A stretch of 63,720 bases of DNA, the filler included, from Asterionella formosa (taxonomy: Eukaryota), in NCBI GenBank assembly GCA_002256025.1. It is 2 parts of 2 records of this genome, joined end to end, with 100 filler letters (N's around TTAATTAATTAA, not from the genome) between each part and the next. Parts side by side here need not be neighbours in the genome. Positions count along the whole stretch, not along the records: positions 31,932 to 63,720 come from NKIB01000594.1; 1 more part is not named here. One strand, 5' to 3'. A model generated the notes under the pieces. That model did not search any database. It was not told the DNA's origin and was given only the letters and a program-made list of their open reading frames with translations. Shown here piece by piece: positions 39,358 through 50,181 of the stretch (position 1 is its first letter; each line of letters begins with the position of its first letter). A program made the translations under genes and the position numbers.

Positions 39358-40095
39358 TCAACACCCTACAAAGCGAGCCAGTGTTCTAACTACTGACTCT
39401 TGCACCTTCGGAATAATGTAAAGGGACCTTGCTTCCACATACAAAATAGTTTGATCAGGAGACATGACTTGTGCCACAAAGTATAGTTTCCGTCCCTCGT
39501 GTCGCTCACATTTAACCCGTACTACCACATGAGTGTTAGCCATGACTGGGGTTCGATAGTCAATGGTCAAGTTGGCCGTGAATGCCGTTGGTATGCCCAT
39601 GACGTGAAAAGCAAAGCCCATCAGATCATCTAGTAAAAGCGCCAGAATACCCCCATGAATCACGCCCGTATGGCCATCTAAATTCTTACCGAGAGCAACT
39701 CTGGCTAAAATCAATTCGTCGCTTCCATGACCCACTACCTTGTACACGTCGTATTGCTCTACTAGATCCTTGCCTAGTAATAGTCCAAAGATAACATGTG
39801 AACTTTCTTTGGCTCGATTTGGGATGGGCACCAATTCTAGATGATATTCAGGGGACACAATCATGGGCCAGGGTGTGGATTTCTGGTCTCGTGCTTCACA
39901 TTGGAGACGGGTAGGAGTGAAGATGGATAGCAGTTCGTTGTTGGAACATAATATGCGTCTCCATGTTGGATGTGTCCTCCGTGACGCTTCGTCCTGCCGG
40001 TGGGGACTAAATGCGTGTGCTGCAAGACCACCACTAAGGACAGCAGTAGCAGCAATGGCGAAGAATCGCTCGGATTTCATGGAGAAACGTAACAT
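39358..40095 (-). CDS. Hotdog-fold acyl-CoA thioesterase (4HBT/PaaI/THEM4-like)
   Basis: LDGHTGVIHGGILALLLDDLMG, TAFTANLTIDYRTPV and EGRKLYF, preceded by an N-terminal targeting-like extension. Confidence 0.88.
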   Translation of the reverse strand: MLRFSMKSERFFAIAATAVLSGGLAAHAFSPHRQDEASRRTHPTWRRILCSNNELLSIFTPTRLQCEARDQKSTPWPMIVSPEYHLELVPIPNRAKESSHVIFGLLLGKDLVEQYDVYKVVGHGSDELILARVALGKNLDGHTGVIHGGILALLLDDLMGFAFHVMGIPTAFTANLTIDYRTPVMANTHVVVRVKCERHEGRKLYFVAQVMSPDQTILYVEARSLYIIPKVQESVVRTLARFVGC

Positions 40096-40469
40096 TTGTT
40101 TACTGTTTATTCAAGTTCTCTCAGAAAGTTATGATTCGTGCAGAGAGTTAAATACAATGGAGTAGAGAGTAATGATTACCGGTATGTACCTGGTACCGGT
40201 AGTTAGTGCCAAATCTGCATTACAGGAACACTTACCGGTATGCTACCTGGTACCAGGTACCTGGAGACACCTGTCTAGAGTGTATCTAAGAAATGCTTAT
40301 ATGTGATCATATTTTCTACCACGGTACCGGTACCTGGTAACACATAAAACCTGCAAGCCACCGTTATTTTACTCCATCTTCCCACTAAAAATATTAAAGT
40401 AATATTACAATCGAAACCTGGCATTATTTTTTTCGACTTCACTTGGATGTAACACGACAATTCGTAGTC

Positions 40470-41290
40470 TGTCCAAGAAACCGACTGTCACCTTGTTCAA
40501 AGTCAAATCGCAAATTTTAATTGAACCTCCATTTTCCATACCATGGACTTGAGGGCATCGTCATAATTCAGATAAGGCTGCATCCGTAGTGCTTGTAGCT
40601 TGCTTGATTCCTGTCTTCATCTTGATCGAACTGCGAGGCCATGGGCCTGTGACCGTATTCCAATGGACGGTGCTTGGCAGCAATTGCCATTTTTTTTAAA
40701 GAAAGCTTGTATCTCAACCTTGCCATTAAAATCCTTAGACAAGGAGTATGGTATGCCTTGATTGGGAGAATCAGCGGAAAAGATCTTTCAGCTTAGCTTG
40801 GGCGGTCTTTGTTGGTACATTGCCAATGTAATTGCTTTGTTGGAGGCACTTTCGAGGACAAGGGGTGATTTCTTTTTGAAGAATTTGGTTTCAAGTCACA
40901 GGACAGAAGTGTTGATGATGTCTTTGGTGGCGTTACTTCGTAACCCACGACATAGTAGGAGATAGAATCAACGGATTGGCTGGTTTCCATTGTTGGGATC
41001 GAGATCCATAGAAGCAAGCAAGCCCAAGGTTGGATTTTCGGAAAGGGCTTCAAAGAATCTGTCTTCCATGATGGTAAGTGCCTTGGTGTATTTGCTTGTG
41101 TTGTGCGAAAGTTTTCCAATAGCATTTGTGTGTTTGGTTGAACAAAGAACATCATTGCTGGATCATATCGCATTGGCTCCAGTATGAGGAACATCAATGG
41201 TAGCAGTTGATATGTAGTATATCGAATCAGAATCGCTATCAACAGAGCTAGAGCTACCTGTATCAAAATCAGAGTGGTGTATTGCAACCG
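40470..41290 (-). pseudogene. Decayed ORF, possibly a Crypton-like/tyrosine-recombinase element fragment
   Basis: A stop-interrupted frame reads ...MYQQRPPKLS*KIFSADSPNQGIPYSLSKDFNGKVEIQAFFKKKW. The resemblance is recalled only and no catalytic residues are seen. Confidence 0.25.
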
Positions 41291-42353
41291 CATCGGAAGA
41301 GTTCACAACTGTGATACATTCTTGCTTTTACAAGGTTCATTACAGCTATCAATAAAAAGACAGAAAAAAACAATTTTGAGTGATGGAATCAAACGGAATA
41401 ACAATTATTCATGCAACAATCAACAAGAAAAAACGCAGCTTTCTTCTACTACTTCATCATTTTTATCATTGGCTACTTCGGGAAAACTTGCAGCATTTGC
41501 AACAACATCATTCTGTTCCAATAAACTGAAGAAGGTAATGAATTGAATGTGTTAGGATGAAATCGACAATTCGGTCAGCATGGGCGGAAGCACACAACAA
41601 TCAACAACATACCCAAGCTTCTTTTTTCTTTCCAGTGCACAAATTGCCAATGCAGCACACCGGATATCATCTTGCTCTTTGCGTTTAGCAGTCTTTTGAC
41701 ACTGCTCTTTGAGAGAAACGACTGCTAGTAGTTCATGTTATCATTGTTGAACAATCAGTATGTTAGAATTGTAATAACATTGAATTAAAACAGTGCAACT
41801 ATATATTTTAGAGCAGCATAAAAGCATTCTCAAACTTGCTTCCAAGACATCATCATATCTGATCTTCTTGTAGAAAACATACTAATAATAAATTTTTGAA
41901 TAATAACTGAACATAATATCTGAAAATAGCAACAAAAAAGTGACAACAATGGCGCAAAATTGACTCCCTTGTGGTGCAACCCATGAATGTTGGTCCCCAA
42001 AAATCCAATCAACAATAATATTGATGAGCAATCATCCAATTTGTCAGTATCCAACAGATTGGATGATGAATTATGAGACTTTTTGTGATCAATTGAATTG
42101 GGAACAGCGATTTTGGCACCACTGCAATGAAGTAGGTATGATGTCATGACATGAACCCCACAAGAAGACAAGTCATTCAACAACCAACCGGCATTGCGAG
42201 AAGGTCACCCGCCTACAAGTGCTGTCCCAGCCAAGTACACATGTACAGTATACTCGCAGGCATGAGACCACCTTGGACGTATATATATTGCCTTCAGCAC
42301 CACACACAACACAGTCCCATCATTTTCTTATTGGTTGTAATCAGGTTTACCCA

Positions 42354-42973
42354 TGTCAGAGTGTGTCTGTCAGGCTGTTGTTGATGTTGACAGGTGTCCG
42401 AAGACTAGGTAGTCTGAGGAATGTCTAAACGGAAATAGACAGATTTATATAGCAGAAGAATCTGCAGAGGATTATCAGCGTGAGAGAGATCTTGACTGGT
42501 CATTCCAGGGCAGTACTGGAGCATGCTAGAGTAGGCGCCATAAATTTCAACATGGTTAGCGGGCTCGTCAGTACAAAAGGTACAAGGATATACGTGAAAA
42601 ACCAGAGGTCGATAGTTCAAGTCCATAGCAAGAACAGAAAAAAAGAGAAGAGAAAAGAAGAAAAACAGAGGCGAAGAAAAAAAGAGAGGACACAGTGAAA
42701 AAAATCTTGTAGGATAGGATGTGTCGAGCATACACATTAGGATGATGTGGTATGTTGAGCATCAACAGGGGGTGTCAGAGTGTGTCTGTTAGGCTGTTGA
42801 TGTCAACAGGTGTCCGAAGGCTAGGTAGTCTGAGGAATGTCTAAACGGAAATAGACAGGATTTAAAATATATATAGCAGAAGAATCTGCAGATGAGCGGC
42901 GCGAGAAAGATCTTGACCGGTCATTCCAGGGCAGTACTGGAGCGCGCTAGAGTAGGCGCCATATATTTCAACA
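42354..42973 (+). mobile_element. TRIM-like miniature non-autonomous LTR retrotransposon
   Basis: LTR1 42354-42552 and LTR2 42773-42973 both run TGTCAGA...TTTCAACA. A PBS-like TGGTTAGCGGGCTCG starts at 42553 and a PPT-like AGGGGG abuts LTR2. TACCCA flanks both sides (42348-42353, 42974-42979). Confidence 0.92.
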
Positions 42974-43213
42974 TACCCATACCGGCATAACGAAACACAT
43001 GTAACAACACTCTAGTCCTATTTCTATTCGCTAGAAATTTCGACGCGAGATTTGACCATGTGTGTGGAAAAAAAAAAAAAATCGACTATTCCGTTATCTC
43101 TTGCCATCATCGTCATCACCTTATTACTCCTTTTGTAATCGTTTTCATTGCCCATCACCTTAACGAGATCTTGATAGCAATACCGGTATATTCGTTGCTG
43201 TTCCTGACAAAAG

Positions 43214-44833
43214 ATGGTGATGACGATGCCAACTGTTTCGACAAATCGATGCTTGATCGTATTTCATGCAGTATGTTTTGCCCTGTACATGGCTTATACC
43301 GGTTTACATGCCGGTATCTCACGGAAAGGAAATTATGTAGATATGAATAAAAAATTCGAAGAATCCCATGACACAAGGACACATCTGGTCGACCGGTTCA
43401 ATGGCTCATTGTCCGCTCACGAATCAAACGATGGCCAACTCAACGCGACTATCAAGTTGGACAAACAACAGATAAATAATGAAACCGACGATATTAAAGT
43501 AGAACACCAGGTTTCCTCGATTGGAGTAAGCAAAGACGTCACAAACACAAGTCTACCAACGGAGAAAAACAATGCCAGCATTGGGCATGACGCTGGCAAC
43601 CTTCTGCCAAATATGTCTACGAGCTTGCTTTTGTCACCAGATGAAGAAGAGAGCTTTGTATCATCCACGAACGAAGCAAATAAAACAGAAACAACTGCGT
43701 TAAAATTCTTCATCATTCCGATTCCGGAGTACACAACTTGGCTTGTGGGCAATTACACCACCGAGGCAATAAATTACTACAAAACTACCTTGAATGAAGA
43801 CACAATTGAAGTTTGGCTAAATCGAGCTTATTCAAATTTCACGTTTGAGCAAGGGCGTGTAATGGATCCATCGGAGGCAGATGTCTTTATGATTCCTGCT
43901 TATCTGGCTTTTCGATCTAAAACGGATGAAGGCTCGCCACCCCCGCGTAATTTTACAAATGTCATTTTTCAGCGACTCTACAATATCTCCAAGCCTCATT
44001 TGTTCCTTGTCCCAGCCAATAATCCTGGGACTAGCCAGCAAAGAGGCATCAGGGATATTATTTCGGGATTGGTCCTTGCCGGTGTGAACATGTATTCGGT
44101 GGGCATAGAACGAAATCCGGGTTGGCAAGGTTGGTTGGACCCTTCCAAAATCCTTCCTATACCATATCAAGTCAAACCTGCTTTGAACAAGAATGATATA
44201 GCTTCAGCCTTTGATACCAAGCGGAATGAAAACTTTGTGTTTTATGCTGGTAACCCTCGTGAGCATTCTTTCGAATGGGGTGGCTGCAATCGTAGCATGT
44301 TACTTCCGCTCAAAGATCACCCCTCCAACCTGTTTGATGTTGGATTGTACTCCACTAACCCCATCAAACAAGAAGACTACAACTCTAGAATGTCAAGTTC
44401 AGACTACTGTTTAATTATTTGTGGGGATACGCCAACATCACGGTCCTTAGCTTCCGCTGTGGTTCATGGGTGTTTGCCATTGCGGATTGGAAGCCGATTA
44501 AGGGGACTTTGTGAAAAACCTTGTTTTGCTGGTTGGGGTTGGACCGTGACAGGTGAGACCAATCCACATTTGCCATATACAAATCTGATAAACTGGAGTG
44601 AATTTCCAGAAGTGAATGAATACAACTTCTCTTTGGCTCCATTTGAGACAATACATGAACATGTGTTTGAAGTATACACGGCTGAAAGAAAGGATTCACT
44701 TCGACATGTTCTTCGTGAATTTCAATTGGCTTGGATTTATGGATGGGGCAATCCTATTGATTCCACTGACTTTGGCGAGGCGGCGATCTATATTTGGCAA
44801 TCCTTTCAGTCGATGCTTCAGAAGAAACAGTAG
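43214..44833 (+). CDS. Exostosin-family (GT47) glycosyltransferase, type II membrane
   Basis: N-terminal TM anchor and a low-complexity stem, then RVMDPSEADVFMIP and the GT47 motif SDYCLIICGDTPTSRSLASAVVHGCLP. Confidence 0.88.
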   Translation: MVMTMPTVSTNRCLIVFHAVCFALYMAYTGLHAGISRKGNYVDMNKKFEESHDTRTHLVDRFNGSLSAHESNDGQLNATIKLDKQQINNETDDIKVEHQVSSIGVSKDVTNTSLPTEKNNASIGHDAGNLLPNMSTSLLLSPDEEESFVSSTNEANKTETTALKFFIIPIPEYTTWLVGNYTTEAINYYKTTLNEDTIEVWLNRAYSNFTFEQGRVMDPSEADVFMIPAYLAFRSKTDEGSPPPRNFTNVIFQRLYNISKPHLFLVPANNPGTSQQRGIRDIISGLVLAGVNMYSVGIERNPGWQGWLDPSKILPIPYQVKPALNKNDIASAFDTKRNENFVFYAGNPREHSFEWGGCNRSMLLPLKDHPSNLFDVGLYSTNPIKQEDYNSRMSSSDYCLIICGDTPTSRSLASAVVHGCLPLRIGSRLRGLCEKPCFAGWGWTVTGETNPHLPYTNLINWSEFPEVNEYNFSLAPFETIHEHVFEVYTAERKDSLRHVLREFQLAWIYGWGNPIDSTDFGEAAIYIWQSFQSMLQKKQ

Positions 44834-46392
44834 TAGGGCAATGATCTGCATGGCCTTATTGACTACCAATGATGGATGGTTATAGACCGTGGCATTTGTT
44901 GTACTTGTAAACATTCCATTGTAGTCAGGTTTGAGATGGTATATTCATTTTTGGTTTGAGTTGTTGTCCTTTCCTTTTAAAATAACAACACATAGGATTT
45001 TGCTAAATCTCTTGTCAGTTTGCCATTTGACTGTTACATCCCTGGAAATGGGATAAACATTTCGGCTGACATTGACTTGGTTGGTTAATTGTATATTTCT
45101 TGAAAAGAACTAAATATTGAACTATTAGTATCACAAATTACATGTCAAAGTGAGCTCATCCTTGTAGCTACCATTTGTAGTTTGACTTGTAGTTGAATGA
45201 GCCGACGTTGGGTTTACCAAACTCCTATCAGCAACACAATTAGTTTCTGCATCATGTATGAGCCAGGCACGAGGAAAGAATGATAGTTTTCATGTAATGA
45301 TTCAGTGGTTGGAAACCGAATATGAGGTAGACATGATCTAACTATGAATGCGTTTTCTGTCAATTACAAATGATAGTTGTTGGAGATTGGTTTCTTTGAA
45401 TTATGAAAATGAACAGGCATAAAGACAAGACTACTCATAACTCACAATAAGAATAAAGCAATGACGAGAAATGATTTTCTGTGCCTCTTGCCTTCATTTG
45501 TAAAGAATAGATCTACAAAAATAGAAACACTTTAACAATCATAATTCCATGTACCCATAGTGTGAGTATAGAATGTGAAACATGGTGATTACTTTGTTTT
45601 GACATTTGTGTTAAAAGGTTCTAAATCCCACATTAGAAAAGGAATCTTCATGCTTGTCACTCATGGCTTACTTTCATGCTCTCTTAATAAATGTAGAAAT
45701 TCAGTTGGAATTTATGCATTCTTGTTGATGACTTGACAACTATTATGTTAGCATTCTCAATTCCAACAGAATTTGGCAACCCTGAATATTCTTTTATTTT
45801 GCTTGTTCTTGAAAACATTATGTAATTTCCCAAAATCATAGTGGTAGATGTCAGGTCCGGGTGCTATCTATGGAGCACATGCATGAGCATTTTAGCTACC
45901 AGTAACGGTATGCCTTTTAGGTCAGCTGCTATGAAGCACTATATCAGCACCGGTATATCATACCGGTAATGCAAACAAAACGACCTTGGTAAAGCAACCA
46001 CATATCTGCTCACAACTGTGCGGAGTACCCCCGTATGTAGGTAGTCTACTGTGGGAGGTTCGGTAAATACGGTTTTTACTTAAGCAATAGGTAAATGTCT
46101 CAATTACCGGACCTTGTTCCGGAGTACGGGTACCTGGTACCGGTCCCGCGTACTCGTTTCGCTCTTTTAATCACAATTCGACGACCCCGTCCTGCAACAG
46201 CAAGGGCAGATGGACCTCCGAACTCTCATATGATCTTGCCAATGTAGGACCTGTTGCTTATATGACTATTACCGGTACTTCTTCTTCTTCTTCTTATACA
46301 TGGACGAATCCTGCTGCTCTTCTCCTTTGTGTTTCTATAATTATTTTACAGTATAGAGGTACATACAGAGGAAAGTCTCATTCGAGATAAGT

Positions 46393-47208
46393 ATGGGTTT
46401 CTTTGGTGACAATGGCGACAAGAAGAAGGATACTGCCGTCATCACCTCCCCTACAACTAGTTATTGGACGAGTTTGAGTGAATACGTGACAGGCAGCATG
46501 CAAGCCTCTGCTGACACTTTCCTCGTCACGGGCAAGAACGCAACGTTGACGAATCATCAAGCCGTCGCCGTGGGGATTGGCTGCACGGTGTCCTTCATGC
46601 TTGGACTTCGAGTCGGCCGATCTCACCCCCCATGGAGGCGCATCACATCGGTGAACACACATGGGAGTCCCATGGGAGTCAACAGCCCATGGCTGCGAGG
46701 GAAGGTCATGACTGTGACGGATGGTGATACATTGCGGTTCTGGCACATTCCCACCTGGCTGCACCGTGCGACGCCAACTGGAAAAGTCTCCGACGTGTGT
46801 TTGCCAATACGACTTTGTACCATCGATACGCCAGAAACGGCCAAATTTGGAAATCCCGGACAGCCCTTTGGAAACGATGCGAAGGAATTTTTGACTAAAA
46901 TGATACTGGATACGACCGTGCAGATTCAAATACTACAGAAGGATCAGTATGGTCGAGCTGTGGCATCAGTACGTCAGAGGGGATGGTTCGGTTGGAACTA
47001 TATGGACGAAGCCATACTAAAGGCTGGTTTGGCGGAGGTTTACTTGGGGTCAGGCGCAGTGTATGGTCCGAAAGGAAAAGACAAATATCTACAGCTTCAA
47101 GAAATGGCACAAAAGAAGAAGAAGGGTATGTGGTCACAACAAAATGGGGAGAGCGCATCAAGATTCAAGGCCAGAATGAAGCTTGAGAAGGACATCCAAG
47201 TCAATTGA
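46393..47208 (+). CDS. Staphylococcal nuclease (SNase/thermonuclease) family protein, LCL3-like
   Basis: VTDGDTLR, IRLCTIDTPETAKFGNPGQPFG, KDQYGRAVA, LKAGLAEVY and AQKKKKGMWS, with a hydrophobic segment before the domain. Confidence 0.92.
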   Translation: MGFFGDNGDKKKDTAVITSPTTSYWTSLSEYVTGSMQASADTFLVTGKNATLTNHQAVAVGIGCTVSFMLGLRVGRSHPPWRRITSVNTHGSPMGVNSPWLRGKVMTVTDGDTLRFWHIPTWLHRATPTGKVSDVCLPIRLCTIDTPETAKFGNPGQPFGNDAKEFLTKMILDTTVQIQILQKDQYGRAVASVRQRGWFGWNYMDEAILKAGLAEVYLGSGAVYGPKGKDKYLQLQEMAQKKKKGMWSQQNGESASRFKARMKLEKDIQVN

Positions 47209-47899
47209 CGGAATACCCTCCAATATTTCCGGACCTCCAATTTTCAAACCTCGGGTTTAACGAATGCCTTCGTTGGGCGGATTATCCCAATATGTGGTGC
47301 CAATACATATGGTACAATGCAGCCATCACATGCCATCATGTCAAAGGCTTGAGCTGGAACATGGTCAAGGTGTGTTGGTAAGTGCCACAAAAAATGAAGT
47401 GTGGCTAAACTGCGTCAACAGACGCCATGATTCAAGTCCCTATTCACCCATCGATGCTTTGAAGAACTTATCCACAGACTATACTTAATGCTTAATCTTA
47501 CTGCTTGCTTCCTGCATCTTCATCGTTGAATGTAACCGAGAGTATAGAATGAAGGACAACAAAATTCTCTAACAATAGAACGCACAAGCAAAGCTGCTAC
47601 CCGAAATTCTTGTTCCGAAGAAAGCTTATTAGAGCAGGGCCAAAAATATTTTCATCTTACAAAAGCAAGCCATTGGGAGCTCACGTTACTGTCTGTTCGC
47701 CTTTTATGCTCGTCCAGGCAAAACCAAAAGACGTGGACAGTACATTTGTCTCCTAATACCTCATCGACCTCGACTTCACTAAATACCCATTCCGCTTTTC
47801 TCCCTCCACAAGATGGATTTCAAACACACGTAAGACAACAAACATTCATAATGTCGGTCGCTTCATTCAAAAAACCAAGGATGGTTTAAGGCCACGTCG

Positions 47900-48850
47900 G
47901 GGCTGGATTTGTCTTTGAGATTCGGGTCCAACATACTTGCCAACATTTCTCGTAATCGAGGATTAAGCGCTTGTACCTTTAACATTTTTTAAAACATTGA
48001 TGACTGGTTAGAACCATGATTTTTCATTCCTTCAATCATTCGATCCAACAGATCTGTGTCTTCCAAGCCATTTTGTTCAATGAAAAATTCATACAGCGCA
48101 TCATGTTTGGGTTATACAGCTACCTTTTCCCATAACTGATCCCATTGTTGATCTCCCCGCAAGGCAATGGTCGACAGACTACTACCCATACTCCAAGCGT
48201 CCACCAAAATCCAATTCCTTTTCTCCTATTGCTTCTGGTGCGGTATGCGACTTCTTCCCACACCAGGGTGTTCCAGCTTCAATCTTCCGGGCGGTTCCTT
48301 CGACAACAACGCATTTGAAGGCCATGGCAAAATCAATGAGTGGAGTCGCCCTCGCTGATGGCAGACAAATAATGTTGTCAGATGAAATGTCCCTATGGAG
48401 CAAAGAGCGTTCAGACTTTGTATAACTAATCAGCTTACAATCCGAAAAATACTCTTTGCGATCTTTCATTATCATGTTCAAGTAATCTCCAAGCCGTAGC
48501 ATGATGATATAAAGATGCTTTGAGTCAGTTAGTGAATGGTGAATTGTGCTAATGTGAATGAACGTCATTTCCAAATTGTTGCATACAAGCCTGGTATGGA
48601 TTTTCTTGCATCGTAACATCAGTTTCAAATCGACTTCGAAATAGATTCTTAATCACTACTTCATTATAAGTGTTTCGAAATGATCCATCATCAGATCTTC
48701 TGTGCCATAGCCAATACAGCTGTACTGTTCCATCATTGCATTTCACTTTTACTTTGTTCTCAATGGGAGAGTAAGCTCTGGGGTTGTCTCAACGTCATCA
48801 CGCATAACCATCTTGTGGTTATTGAAGTTAACATTTCGAAGCGCTGGATG
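47900..48850 (-). pseudogene. Ser/Thr protein kinase pseudogene
   Basis: EVVIK..ENPYQ..MQ in one frame and HLYIIM..LLHRDISSDNI..LIDFAMA..CGKKSHTAPE in another. Frameshifts, stops and degenerate DFG are present. Confidence 0.7.
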
Positions 48851-50181
48851 AATGACATAGCTGAGAGCCGCCGACTTGTCGACTGTCATTCTTGATGCTA
48901 TATACCGTCTGTAAACGTATTGTCAAAAAGGCCGAGGCATACTATAGGTAGATGATACTCAGTCCGACGTATGAGGTTTTATCCTTTGCAGCTTGGTTCT
49001 ATTTACATTGTTTACACTCGATACGCTTTTAGATTCCTTGCATTCGCTATTGATACTATGCATACTTCGGCCCTTGGGCTTTGGAGACTACCGGTAGTAT
49101 ACAGACTGATACATAAAAGTGACATGTAAAGTGAATTCTTTGTTTTTTAATCTCTCAATATTTGATGATATTTATTCATGCTGCATAATACTTCAACCAG
49201 GTACCTGGTAGTGATATTAGTATGCCGGCAGTCAACTTACTGTACCTGGTACGTGGGCGGCAGTACCGGTGTACGGGCAACCCGAATCGGAATATTGCTT
49301 AGATATATGATATACCGGTACCTGAATTTAGTGAAAGCTGCGGTCACTTCAAGCAACTAGCAAGCAAGGGAACGAGGGGTTTTATCAAAATCGCTGCAAA
49401 TGAATAATATCTATATATGAATACATACATAAACAGTATAAAACAGTGCGTACGTACGTGAGAATAGTGATGAACATCAACATGGCGCCAAGCAAGCAAT
49501 GCATACCGGTACCTCCGCCATTCAATCTTTCATGCCGCTCATAGATGCATGTGTCGGGCACCTCCAAAATATATAAAGCAATCATCGCTCGCTCAGCAGC
49601 CAATTTTCCATAGTAACTCTACATACGTATAGACATTAGCACTACGGTAGATTATCATAATAAGAAAAACTACCTACCGGTGCCGGTATGCACCACTCCC
49701 ATCTCTGAGACTCAACGTAAAAACATTACAGTGTATTTCAGATACCGGTTTATATACATTTATTTTGGACTGCATTCATACCGGCTGTACCTGGTACCAG
49801 GTAACCTCGTACCTGGTACCTGGTGCCGTGACAGGCACACATCGTGTCTGTTGCTGATGACAGTACCAGGTATGATGTAAGTACCAGGTATGATGTATTA
49901 TTCAACATGGTCCGAAGAATCAAGAGAGCCAATCATCAATCACCATCGTCAAAAGAATCGATCTGGTGTGCGATAGGCAAGGCGTGATCGTCCTCCTCCG
50001 CCAGACATTTCTTCTCCTTTTATGCATTATTTTAGCCACAACTAATAGCTCCACCCAGACACCCAGCCAACAAACGAACAAACGAGCAAGGACCACTGAA
50101 AACCGAGGTGCTTACTCTCGACGTGGAGCGATACTATCGTAGAAACGCACAATATACAGCATCAGGGACCGGGACAAGAGA

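Noticed and set aside
45770..45784. hAT-like TIR TTGGCAACCCTG (similar at ~23690)
   Set aside because: No partner TIR, TSD or transposase was found; too short to call.
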